A stretch of 64,000 nt of DNA from an uncultured virus (IMG/VR IMGVR_UViG_3300031758_009617). Its lineage: Duplodnaviria > Heunggongvirae > Uroviricota > Caudoviricetes. Below, in pieces: positions 55,074-64,000 of the stretch. The notes under the pieces are model-generated. The model did no database searches. It saw nothing but the letters and a program-made list of their open reading frames with translations, and was not told the origin of the DNA. The first letter of the stretch is position 1. Each line of letters begins with the position of its first letter. Position numbers and translations under genes: made by a program. Where the stretch lies: IMG/VR virus record IMGVR_UViG_3300031758_009617, one strand, 5' to 3'.

Positions 55074-55265
55074 TTATCCTCTGTTGATTATTGATTGTAA
55101 TAATTGTTTTATTTCTAATAAGTCGTTTTTGACTTCAGTAATTTCTTCTTGAAGCTCGGATATCTTCTGCACTTGACGCTTTTCTTGACGCCGAGCAAAA
55201 ATAACTGTTGTGTCAGTATTTATAAGTGCCTTGGAATGCTTATCACGTACAAATGGCGTTTCCAT
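55074..55265 (-). CDS. Small conserved coiled-coil protein following the large baseplate protein
   Basis: FVRDKHSKALINTD...EIKQLL. Confidence 0.7.
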   Translation of the reverse strand: METPFVRDKHSKALINTDTTVIFARRQEKRQVQKISELQEEITEVKNDLLEIKQLLQSIINRG

Positions 55266-58200
55266 TAAATCACCGCTACTGCTCTGAGATTCTTAATGAG
55301 AGGAGTTTTACTCTTATCAGTGGAGTTCATTGTAATTTTCACAGCAAACTTGGCAAATGATGAAGGAGCTGACACACTGTAACTATATTCCTGATAGATG
55401 TTACCATTATATACAACAGGAGCCTGTTCATTCAACGTTACCCAATCAACATCAGCAAACGGTCTATCATCTTCTACATTCTGCATCTTGGCTTCTACAA
55501 TTACAGAACATTGTTCAGGACGAATCATATCGAAGAATACACGCAAGTCATCGGCGCCGTCACCATCCAATGTTACAGTTCGTGTGACATACACGGCATC
55601 TGAAGAACCAGATGCGGCAATGTCATTCGCCAATGTTAGAACAGAAATTTTTCGTGTGTCTAACACAGGTGTTAACAATGAATTATTGGTTGATAATTCC
55701 GCCTTTATCTTCAATGTAGGAATGTTTCCTGTTGTGTTTGAATGAGAATAAATTGTGAATTCTTTAGGCAACTCAACAGTATCATTATTGTTCACAGTAA
55801 TATATGCGCCTAACCCGGGATAATATGTACTTGATGTATCAAGTAGTGTGTATGATAATTTCACTTGTGTTGAGGGATTTAAACTCAAGATACCTAAGTT
55901 AGGTGAAAGTGCTGTAGCTTGCTTGTTATCAATACTATCAAAGGTGAATGTAGACGCACCACGTGTGAATGTATCGTTTGTTGCCAAACTACCTGAGGTT
56001 ATGAATATTTCAGCCGTTGTGCCATACACCTTCGTGACATAACCTGTAGCTGTTGTATCATCCTTATAGAAGGTTAATCCTGTTCCTGTGATATTCACTG
56101 CATCATTTTCAAGAACTAAACTTGTATCAGAGATGATGTCTTTTACTGTACCTAACAAAGCGCGTGCTCGATAATTCAATGTAGTACCTGACCCTGAGGC
56201 TTCAAGTGTTAATGCTGTGTCAGATTGAATTGATGCCACCTTTCCAATAACAGTGATGTTATCATCTTGATATAGAATGTCACCCACACGTAGGTCTGAG
56301 GTGAATGTTGTGGCTGAACCAGTGACAGCAGTACCTGTTATACTGATAGTACCTGTAAAATTGGTTGTTGTCGAAGGTGCAAATACACGAAGTTGGTCAC
56401 CCACTGATAGGTCGGTGAAGTCTGTACTTGAACCCGCAATGGTATCATTTTCTGATACTTGAATTGTTCCGGGCAATACTGTTTGTGTGTCATCAAATAC
56501 TTGAACAACATCACCTGGTTTCAAAACATACGTACCTGTTTGTGAAATGGTGACGTAATCAATGGGCTTAGATTCAAGAATGACGGTACGTGTTGTTTCA
56601 AAACTTCTAGAATACATTTTGAATTTCAAATCTTCAGATTCTAATGCTGTCCAGATGGTGTTATTATTAGGAATGAACAATACACCAACATAAGGTTGTT
56701 GTGTGATACGTTCGTTAGTGCCTATTAAATTTTCACCCAATTCAGAAACCCACACTTCATATTCAGTCGTGTTGTTTTCAGGCAATAACATAAGAGCATA
56801 TTCTGTGTTGTTCTTTAGATATACCGGAGATTCAAATGTAAATGTGGTTGCTGTATTTGCAGTACCTGAGACGGAAATTTCTGACGCATTTAATGTCTTG
56901 GTACTGAACGGTACAATTTTATTGCCCGGGAATCCATTAATGACTTCACGGATTTGAATGGTGAACTTCTTGGTTGATGACTTTCTCTTGAAGAACAATT
57001 CAACCTTATTCAAGAACACACCATCGGGATGTCCTTCAATGATGAAGGTCTGTGCCATGGGATCGCCAAATGATGCGGGATTGAATGTTGATGGATTAGA
57101 CAACAACAAACGACTCACAACATTGTTTTGTGTTTCAGAAAGAGCATCTTGACGAATTGCTGGGAATCGTGTTGATGAAATTGAACCATCATCAATATTA
57201 GGGACACCTGATGATTGTAATTGTGCAGCCGCTGATGTTGTTTCTGAAGCATCTGTTAATTTAAACACCTTATTTCCCACGCGGAATGTATTCGCAGGGA
57301 TTAAGAATTGTCCCACTAAGGTACCATCGGTTGCAACAATTAATGGATCACCGTATGCCGAAGCACTTGGTGTATATTGTGATGACAATATGCCTTCTGA
57401 CAAATTACGTATTGTATTTACAGTAACACCGGTAGGCAATGTAAAGTAACGGCAATGTGCTGAGACATCTTCGCCGTCAAAATATGCCTGAACAGCCGTA
57501 CCGGGTTTCAATCCTGTTGCAGTGAATGTGATGATTTGCTTTTCAATGTATGGGACAACAGAAACGTCTAATACACGAACACCAATATTTCTAAGATTGT
57601 TTTCTGGGAGTTTACCTGATGTAATGATGTTTTTTGTGACATCTGAAATTAATGGTGCCGCTTCACTACCACGAACACCTACCAAACCTGCAACTGTAGT
57701 GACACTCAATACAGGAAGATTGGTTGTTTCAACACCTTGCCATATGGTTTTCCAACTGTTCCAGTGTAACTTGAAGGCGTTTGTATTGAATTCCCATCCA
57801 TCATTAACGCCGTTATAATTTACTTGAACATCAGGACGAACTTGTGTATCTACCCATGTGATTTGTGGCGGATCCAAACGTAAATCGCCTGCCATGTAAT
57901 TACCTAGTAACAAATTACCACAGACACGACCCTTTGACGCAAATTTATTTTCTGTGATAGTGGTAAATGTACCTGAATATCCTGTTGTGATGACCTCAGA
58001 TTCATCAGAAGGTAAATGAAGTTCAATGTTGTTTAATGCGAAGGGTGCTCGTAATATTTTATTCTTGGTATCAATTGATGCATAGTAATCAGCATCAAAC
58101 ACGTTACCAATATCATGTCCATCGAAGGCATCAACAAGAATACCCTTCTTAACCATGGCGTTACCTGAATCGTCTGTAATCAACATATTGGCAGCACGAT

Positions 58201-60973
58201 TTTCAGCAATTGACAATGCTGTGTAGTATTCAAGTCTATTCACACGTTGTTCAAGTTCACCAATGTCACGCATTGTGTAACGACGATTATCTACTAAACG
58301 AACAATTGATGCATAATCTTCGCGGTCGTAGACGCGAGAAGCAAATGTTGATAATGATGGATATGGTGCCAATTCTATGACTGCCAATGTCATGGCGTTA
58401 ATGGCATCGGCAGGTGTTTGTGGGTTAAGTGCAGACACACCAGTAATCACCTTAAATTCACCATCGCGGGTTAATACAACTTTATCCTTTCTGGGTAAAT
58501 TAATGGTGAATGATGCCGTCAATGTGCTATCGGGATCAGGTATCGTTATACCATTTGTTGTATCTAACGTTGTGATAGGCACATTATGTGATGCATTCAT
58601 ATTGTTGTTTTTGGCGTCAACATATGTTTGACCTGAATATCCCGAACGTAATTCAACGGTTGGTCGGAAATCAATTACATCACGAATATCATATGTGATG
58701 CCTGTTGATTCTGATGTATACACGGGTAATTCATATGTGAAGATTTGCTTGTTGTAATCAAGTGTTGTTGGATCAAAATCAATCAAGGCACTTTGATATG
58801 AATTTCTATTTAGGTAACCTAATGTTGATGAGCGTGTGAAGTTTTTTAACTTCAACACAATTTTCTTTTCAGTTAAATCTTCAGCACCTGTATATTGAAC
58901 ATATGATGTATTGTATACGTTGTCATTTGAGTTTTCATATAGAGTAAATTCTGAAGTGACATTACTCCATGCACTCAAACCACTTTCAGTTGATGGGTAT
59001 GCTTCAGTATCGTCGGCAATGTGTACTGATACAAGTTGTAATGCGTGTGATACGCCTAGGTAAATTCTACCTGCTGCTAAATTAGTGGCACTAGTAGAAG
59101 TTAATGTTGAGCCATCCACTGCCAAAAATGTGGTGTCAAGTGTCAAATCAATAGGCGCACCATTACCTTGACGAACTCGTGCATATACTTTTCTGTTTGC
59201 GCCTGCATCACCCACGGCAACTGCCAATGTACCTGACGTTGTATTGGTTGGTGTGTATCCTGTGATTTCTGCTAAGTTGTATGATGCACCTACAGGTTCA
59301 ACAACAATGAAATCATCCTTAAAGGAAGAACTAGTGCCTGCCAAGGTTTGTCCCACACCACTTACGGCAATACTACCATTACCTGAACCGTTGAATGTAT
59401 ATTCACCCAAATATTTCCAGAAGAAGTAGTCAGTATCGTTTTCATACTGCACAACAGCTTGGGATCCTGTGGGGAATAGTAGTGAATTATATGTGCCTTC
59501 GTGTAATTTAAATCCAGTTTGTGTAACTGAACCTAAATCATCTCCAGGTGTAATGGCCACCGTGGCACTAGAATTTGTTGTTGTGATGTTACGAATTGTT
59601 GTTAAATCATCAACCGTCTTGCCCGCTTCTAGTGTGATGCCATACAAATATAACTTGTAGAATTTTGAACTTCCTGTTCCTGTAACATCACGATAGAAAC
59701 GTAATAGACGGAATTTTGCCGTGGCAATTAAAACACTACTACCGTCACGGAGATTGAGTGTGGCATTGTTTTCAGCCAATGACCAACTACCGGTCACCGA
59801 CTTTACATAAACATAATTACCAAACAATGTAGGAATTTGTTGTTCATCAACTAGTAATGTATCAGTTGCCTTATCAACTGCAAGATAATCAGTGGACTTT
59901 AATTCTGTATCAAATCCTTCTACATAGGCTTTACCGGGTTCAACACCATACACCAACTTGGAAGCATCGCCAATAGTTTCTACTGTGTACTTACCATTAT
60001 TTGTTGATGTTTTTAAATGTTCACGAACATTGACGTTTAATCCTGTGACAACATAGTTACCTGATTCATCATATGTTCGTTGTGCCAATACTCGTTGTAA
60101 TTCTGAATATTGTGGCTTGTTAAATGCGCGCTTCACCTTTCCTTCTTCAACTAAGAATAGAAGATGGAATCCTTGGTCAGGTGTTGTTGTTATTTCGTAA
60201 GATTCAAGTTGTGTGGTAAGTTTATATCGGTCGCCGCCAGGTGCTGCATAATTGTAAGACCCTGCAGCAGGATCAAGTAAACTTACATCATCATTTGATG
60301 TTACCGTACTGGTAATAATTCTGAATCCAATATTTTTTGTTGGTGTACTACTATAGAAACTCAGAACTTTAGTCTGTGAGTTATGACGGACAAATGTTCC
60401 ATCAACATAGACAATGCCATCATCAATGGTGTAGAGTGAACCTACACCTGTGGCTGAACTACTTGAAACAGAAAATCTAAATGATTGTGTTATACCAGTT
60501 GAATCAACCACAGTGAGTGCTTCATCTTCAGCAAACACAGTGATGAGTTCTTGTGCTGTTTCATCGTAGAATGATGATTGGTAATTCAAATACAGAACTC
60601 GTTGTCCTGTTGAATCTTCATCAACGCGCACAATTTTGGCAGATACACCCAGTTCGTTACTAACAACGGCATTCACAAGCGTTGTTTTGTATAACTCATA
60701 TGCAGAACTACCAATTGTGATACCTGCCGAATCGGTGTTTTTTACTTTTACAAATGGTACATTGAACTGAAATGTTTCAGCACAACCAACTACAACAGAA
60801 CCATCTTTGAATACATGGTCACCAAAACGTTGTATTTGGTTTTGTAAAATGGTTTGAAGTTGAGTAAGTTCACGGGCTTGAACCGCATAACCGGGCTTGA
60901 AAAGAACTCGGTGAAAATTCTTTTCAACATCAAAATCATCATAGTAGGGTGAAGTTCCTAAATTGATAGCCAT
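55265..60973 (-). CDS. Large virion structural protein (DUF4815-type, baseplate/fibre-associated)
   Basis: SPYYDDFD...HRVLFKPGYAVQARELTQLQTILQNQI, APGGDRY, RTYDESGNY, RRYTMRDIG, DPMAQTF. Confidence 0.9.
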   Translation of the reverse strand: MAINLGTSPYYDDFDVEKNFHRVLFKPGYAVQARELTQLQTILQNQIQRFGDHVFKDGSVVVGCAETFQFNVPFVKVKNTDSAGITIGSSAYELYKTTLVNAVVSNELGVSAKIVRVDEDSTGQRVLYLNYQSSFYDETAQELITVFAEDEALTVVDSTGITQSFRFSVSSSSATGVGSLYTIDDGIVYVDGTFVRHNSQTKVLSFYSSTPTKNIGFRIITSTVTSNDDVSLLDPAAGSYNYAAPGGDRYKLTTQLESYEITTTPDQGFHLLFLVEEGKVKRAFNKPQYSELQRVLAQRTYDESGNYVVTGLNVNVREHLKTSTNNGKYTVETIGDASKLVYGVEPGKAYVEGFDTELKSTDYLAVDKATDTLLVDEQQIPTLFGNYVYVKSVTGSWSLAENNATLNLRDGSSVLIATAKFRLLRFYRDVTGTGSSKFYKLYLYGITLEAGKTVDDLTTIRNITTTNSSATVAITPGDDLGSVTQTGFKLHEGTYNSLLFPTGSQAVVQYENDTDYFFWKYLGEYTFNGSGNGSIAVSGVGQTLAGTSSSFKDDFIVVEPVGASYNLAEITGYTPTNTTSGTLAVAVGDAGANRKVYARVRQGNGAPIDLTLDTTFLAVDGSTLTSTSATNLAAGRIYLGVSHALQLVSVHIADDTEAYPSTESGLSAWSNVTSEFTLYENSNDNVYNTSYVQYTGAEDLTEKKIVLKLKNFTRSSTLGYLNRNSYQSALIDFDPTTLDYNKQIFTYELPVYTSESTGITYDIRDVIDFRPTVELRSGYSGQTYVDAKNNNMNASHNVPITTLDTTNGITIPDPDSTLTASFTINLPRKDKVVLTRDGEFKVITGVSALNPQTPADAINAMTLAVIELAPYPSLSTFASRVYDREDYASIVRLVDNRRYTMRDIGELEQRVNRLEYYTALSIAENRAANMLITDDSGNAMVKKGILVDAFDGHDIGNVFDADYYASIDTKNKILRAPFALNNIELHLPSDESEVITTGYSGTFTTITENKFASKGRVCGNLLLGNYMAGDLRLDPPQITWVDTQVRPDVQVNYNGVNDGWEFNTNAFKLHWNSWKTIWQGVETTNLPVLSVTTVAGLVGVRGSEAAPLISDVTKNIITSGKLPENNLRNIGVRVLDVSVVPYIEKQIITFTATGLKPGTAVQAYFDGEDVSAHCRYFTLPTGVTVNTIRNLSEGILSSQYTPSASAYGDPLIVATDGTLVGQFLIPANTFRVGNKVFKLTDASETTSAAAQLQSSGVPNIDDGSISSTRFPAIRQDALSETQNNVVSRLLLSNPSTFNPASFGDPMAQTFIIEGHPDGVFLNKVELFFKRKSSTKKFTIQIREVINGFPGNKIVPFSTKTLNASEISVSGTANTATTFTFESPVYLKNNTEYALMLLPENNTTEYEVWVSELGENLIGTNERITQQPYVGVLFIPNNNTIWTALESEDLKFKMYSRSFETTRTVILESKPIDYVTISQTGTYVLKPGDVVQVFDDTQTVLPGTIQVSENDTIAGSSTDFTDLSVGDQLRVFAPSTTTNFTGTISITGTAVTGSATTFTSDLRVGDILYQDDNITVIGKVASIQSDTALTLEASGSGTTLNYRARALLGTVKDIISDTSLVLENDAVNITGTGLTFYKDDTTATGYVTKVYGTTAEIFITSGSLATNDTFTRGASTFTFDSIDNKQATALSPNLGILSLNPSTQVKLSYTLLDTSSTYYPGLGAYITVNNNDTVELPKEFTIYSHSNTTGNIPTLKIKAELSTNNSLLTPVLDTRKISVLTLANDIAASGSSDAVYVTRTVTLDGDGADDLRVFFDMIRPEQCSVIVEAKMQNVEDDRPFADVDWVTLNEQAPVVYNGNIYQEYSYSVSAPSSFAKFAVKITMNSTDKSKTPLIKNLRAVAVI

Positions 60974-60979
60974 ATGTAC

Positions 60980-63121
60980 CTAGAAGTGTAAAAAGAGTTT
61001 AATAGTTTCAATCTGTTCTGCTGTACGTGTGATGGGAGAGAAATCGTTCACGTAAATGATGGTGCCTGTATTTTTATCAAATTCAGGGTCTTCCACATTT
61101 GTACAGGTCAAGTTTTCAAATTCTGTTGTGTTGTTCGTGAACGTATTTTCTGTTGTGAGTCCTTCTGTTCCTTCAACATATGCCAGATAGACCTTATACG
61201 TTTCTGTTGATGCATCAAACAACTTTGTTAATACTTTATATATACCACCTGTTGATGACTCAATTTCATCGTCAATGGAATATTCATTATATTCATCTTC
61301 AGGAACGGTGACGATGAACGAACTTGTTCCTGTATCCTTTTGAAAATACCCAATATCAACATCTTGTGTTGCATTATACAACTTGAGATTCTTTACAATT
61401 CCGAGTTGACGATAATCATTACCTTGGAATAAATCGGCATTTTCTGTGGTGATTGTTGTACTAATACACAATGTATGAGCAAACAATTCTTGGGCGATGT
61501 TGAATCCATGCCCTCGTTGAGGACCTACGTTTGCTCGCACAGATGCCACTTCAGTGGGCAATCCATTAATTACAATGCGAGCATAATTGTAATTTTGTCC
61601 GTAATCTAAAATTTGAACATTCTTAATTACACCATTTACAATATCATCATCGGGATCAATATACAATTCTGCACCCGTACCATCACCAATAACTTCAACG
61701 GTTGCTGTATCATATCCAGCGCCGCCGTCGAGGATATCAACTTTATAAATGGCTCCATGAATTGTTTCAAGTACCACATCTTGATTGATACCACTTGCTG
61801 TTTCAGCACCTAAAACAACTATGCCCTGAAATCCATTACCCGAAAATGCACTATATGTTGAGTTGGCAAGTTCAACTTCTGGGAATGTGACCAATTCCAA
61901 TTCAGTGGAAGAGATGATATTAGATACAACACCTATCACATTGTTCGCTGAATCTACAATGGTCCACCCATCTTCCAATTCATTTGTGAAATCTGTATCT
62001 GTGCCCAACACCAATCGCGTTGTGGAATCAGTGGAGATGGTCCCTGAATAGTTTTCTGAGCCAGAAATTGATGGGCTATAATCAGCAGGTGTAGTTTTAG
62101 CATCATACATGATTGCACGGGCATGTGTATATCCGCGCATTGAGTTTGTGACAGTAACAGAAGTGATACTCCCCGCACCGTCAATTGTCACGTTTGATGT
62201 TGTGCCTACAGGTGTCAATGAGTGTGACAATCCCACACCCGACGCAATATTAATATATGCGCCATTTTCAGCATCAACTAACGATGCTGCTAAACGAATT
62301 TCTTTATTGGTATAGAATATAGTATAGTAAACAGTATTGTTTGTTAAATTTGTGATGGAAGTTCCGCCACCTGTATTATATGTTACGGCATCACCTGTTG
62401 CAAAATTATGACCCGGATATTCAATGGTATCGTTTGCGGAATCTACAGCTGTGCCACCATTAAATGTAATGGTTGTGGGTACTAATCCGTCGCCCTTAAT
62501 TACTAGGTATGGTGTATTATATCCTTCACCTGGGCTCTCAATACGAACTTCTTCAATAACACCATTCACATTGAAATTAACACCGTCAGATACATTTCGC
62601 ACAGGAATATAATCTGTTGTAAGAAACTTAATTCTATCAATGACAGGAACTTCATACATGAACTTCCAACAATACCCATCACTTAATACCACAGGCTCAG
62701 GAGTTGTTGATGTTGGTTTTATAGTTGAGGCAATGGCAACACCTTGACTGTTTCTTCCGACACGAATACACTTGTAAATATTATATTCGTCAGTCATTAC
62801 ATAAAAATCTTCTACAACAAAAACACCGTCGTCATCATATGCCAATTCTTCATAATCACTATATTCAACATATATGGTCCCTGATTCCCAATCCTTACGA
62901 CGAATCATATAAACCACATCATAAGGACCAGGTACGACACGTTTTGCCAACAACATATTTCTATGTACGTCGGAAATGTAGTGTCGGGTATCTACAGGAG
63001 TATCGGCTTCTTCAAATGATTTTCCTGCGAAAACATAGAAAAAGTCATGTCCTGTAATGATGTCACGATAAATTGACCGAGCAATTTCGTGCCTGGTTTG
63101 AGCAGGAATCAGGTTAGCCAT
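60980..63121 (-). CDS. 8: Baseplate wedge protein gp8-like with large insertions
   Basis: RRKDWESG, FYVMTDEYNIYKCI, DGYCWKFMY, FLTTDYIPV, GHG, YRQLGIVKN, R..EQIETIK. Confidence 0.85.
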   Translation of the reverse strand: MANLIPAQTRHEIARSIYRDIITGHDFFYVFAGKSFEEADTPVDTRHYISDVHRNMLLAKRVVPGPYDVVYMIRRKDWESGTIYVEYSDYEELAYDDDGVFVVEDFYVMTDEYNIYKCIRVGRNSQGVAIASTIKPTSTTPEPVVLSDGYCWKFMYEVPVIDRIKFLTTDYIPVRNVSDGVNFNVNGVIEEVRIESPGEGYNTPYLVIKGDGLVPTTITFNGGTAVDSANDTIEYPGHNFATGDAVTYNTGGGTSITNLTNNTVYYTIFYTNKEIRLAASLVDAENGAYINIASGVGLSHSLTPVGTTSNVTIDGAGSITSVTVTNSMRGYTHARAIMYDAKTTPADYSPSISGSENYSGTISTDSTTRLVLGTDTDFTNELEDGWTIVDSANNVIGVVSNIISSTELELVTFPEVELANSTYSAFSGNGFQGIVVLGAETASGINQDVVLETIHGAIYKVDILDGGAGYDTATVEVIGDGTGAELYIDPDDDIVNGVIKNVQILDYGQNYNYARIVINGLPTEVASVRANVGPQRGHGFNIAQELFAHTLCISTTITTENADLFQGNDYRQLGIVKNLKLYNATQDVDIGYFQKDTGTSSFIVTVPEDEYNEYSIDDEIESSTGGIYKVLTKLFDASTETYKVYLAYVEGTEGLTTENTFTNNTTEFENLTCTNVEDPEFDKNTGTIIYVNDFSPITRTAEQIETIKLFLHF

Positions 63122-63138
63122 ATTGTTTACTTACTGAA

Positions 63139-63585
63139 TTATGAGATGGTGATGGTCCAAGTGATTGACATACTATCAGATGATCCCTTGTTAACTACTG
63201 GGAACACTGTACGGCACAACATGGTGCCTGATGAACTAGCATTGAAGATGCCTGCTTCTGTCAATGCGCCTGTGCCTTCACCTGCAGCAAAAGTTGCAAC
63301 GGCAGTTACAGTTGCACCTGAGGCTGTGTATGAGTCAAGACCTTGACGACCAGCTGTTAAACCGCCTGCGATTAATCCAGTTTGCCCGGCTGATGCTGCG
63401 GTGTTATCTGTACCCACTTCCATGTGTGACATGACGCCTTGTGATGTGCCTGCCATACGGGATGCAATGTGTTGTAAACCTGTTGTTACAACTAAGTTGT
63501 CGTGGGTGTGTTCTTCTTTGATGTTACCATTTTCATCACGAAGAACAATGTTCAACTTACCTGTTGCCTTGATGTTTTCTTGCAT
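63139..63585 (-). CDS. Baseplate/fibre-associated structural protein
   Basis: NLVVTTG, MEVGT, LTEAGIFNA, MLCRTVF, VNK...ITWTITIS. Confidence 0.75.
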   Translation of the reverse strand: MQENIKATGKLNIVLRDENGNIKEEHTHDNLVVTTGLQHIASRMAGTSQGVMSHMEVGTDNTAASAGQTGLIAGGLTAGRQGLDSYTASGATVTAVATFAAGEGTGALTEAGIFNASSSGTMLCRTVFPVVNKGSSDSMSITWTITIS

Positions 63586-63631
63586 TTCTTTCTCCTAAAA
63601 AGTAAAAGTTGTTATTAGTATTTATACTACT

Positions 63632-64000
63632 TTAAGTACAGTTGACCGTTCCTGCATATCCTATATCAACATACCCTGTTGCAATATAATCGTCTAGGGC
63701 GATACAAATCAAATCAGACAATGATGTTGTGTTATTGAAAAACTTTTCGAAATCACGAATTACAATTTCACCTGTTAACACAGTATCAATAATGTTTTTA
63801 TCGACATCAAACGTGTTTATAGTTTCTGATGAAGATACACTATCTGAAACATTTTTTCCAACAAGAAGAACATTTGAGTCATTGATATTTACCGTTTCAT
63901 CTGTAGAATATGCTCTGAAAATTTCTATGCTATCAGTTATAGACACTTGTTCAGTCAAATCACTTGTTACATCATCTTCTTGTGAAAAGACAATATTTTT
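63632..64000 (-). CDS. C-terminal part of an upstream baseplate-region protein (runs off the right edge)
   Basis: Frame is open to position 64000; repeated K..SD.V motifs, ends DYIATGYVDIGYAG. Confidence 0.65.
   Translation of the reverse strand, partial: KNIVFSQEDDVTSDLTEQVSITDSIEIFRAYSTDETVNINDSNVLLVGKNVSDSVSSSETINTFDVDKNIIDTVLTGEIVIRDFEKFFNNTTSLSDLICIALDDYIATGYVDIGYAGTVNCT

Noticed and set aside
1..64000. tRNA/rRNA genes, introns or inteins in core genes
   Set aside because: None recognised; intergenic gaps are short and gp17, gp20, gp23, gp46 and uvsW have ordinary lengths. A tRNAscan/Infernal run would be needed to confirm.

Overview
This 64 kb window is part of a T4-like myovirus genome of the environmental cyanophage/pelagiphage type, with essentially all genes on the minus strand. 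In coordinate order it holds: the replication block (gp43 partial, regA, gp62, gp44, gp45), accessory genes (Hsp20, SPOUT RNA methyltransferase, CobS/CobT-like pair, ClpP-like protease, peptide deformylase), gp46/gp47, a 7-deazaguanine DNA-modification cluster, gp55, uvsW/uvsY, the head-tail module (gp3, gp23, gp22, gp21, gp20-gp13), a mosaic fibre/adhesin region with two glycosyltransferase cassettes, and baseplate genes. Two loci stand out. (1) A mucin-like Thr/Ser/Pro-repeat, Cys-rich putative fibre-tip protein (52653-54098) sits between an S74-chaperone tail fibre and a translationally coupled cassette: a GT95/GT96-like peptidyl O-glycosyltransferase, an FkbM methyltransferase, GT32, GT2 and a thioredoxin-like/Cys protein. 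This is a candidate phage-encoded mucin O-glycosylation system. (2) A deazaguanine cluster with no QueC in the window (QueE, FolE, DpdA-like, DpdL-like, QueD) has an embedded GT-B glycosyltransferase, a candidate for an undescribed glycosylated base. All assignments come from motif recognition and synteny by eye; no database searches were run.
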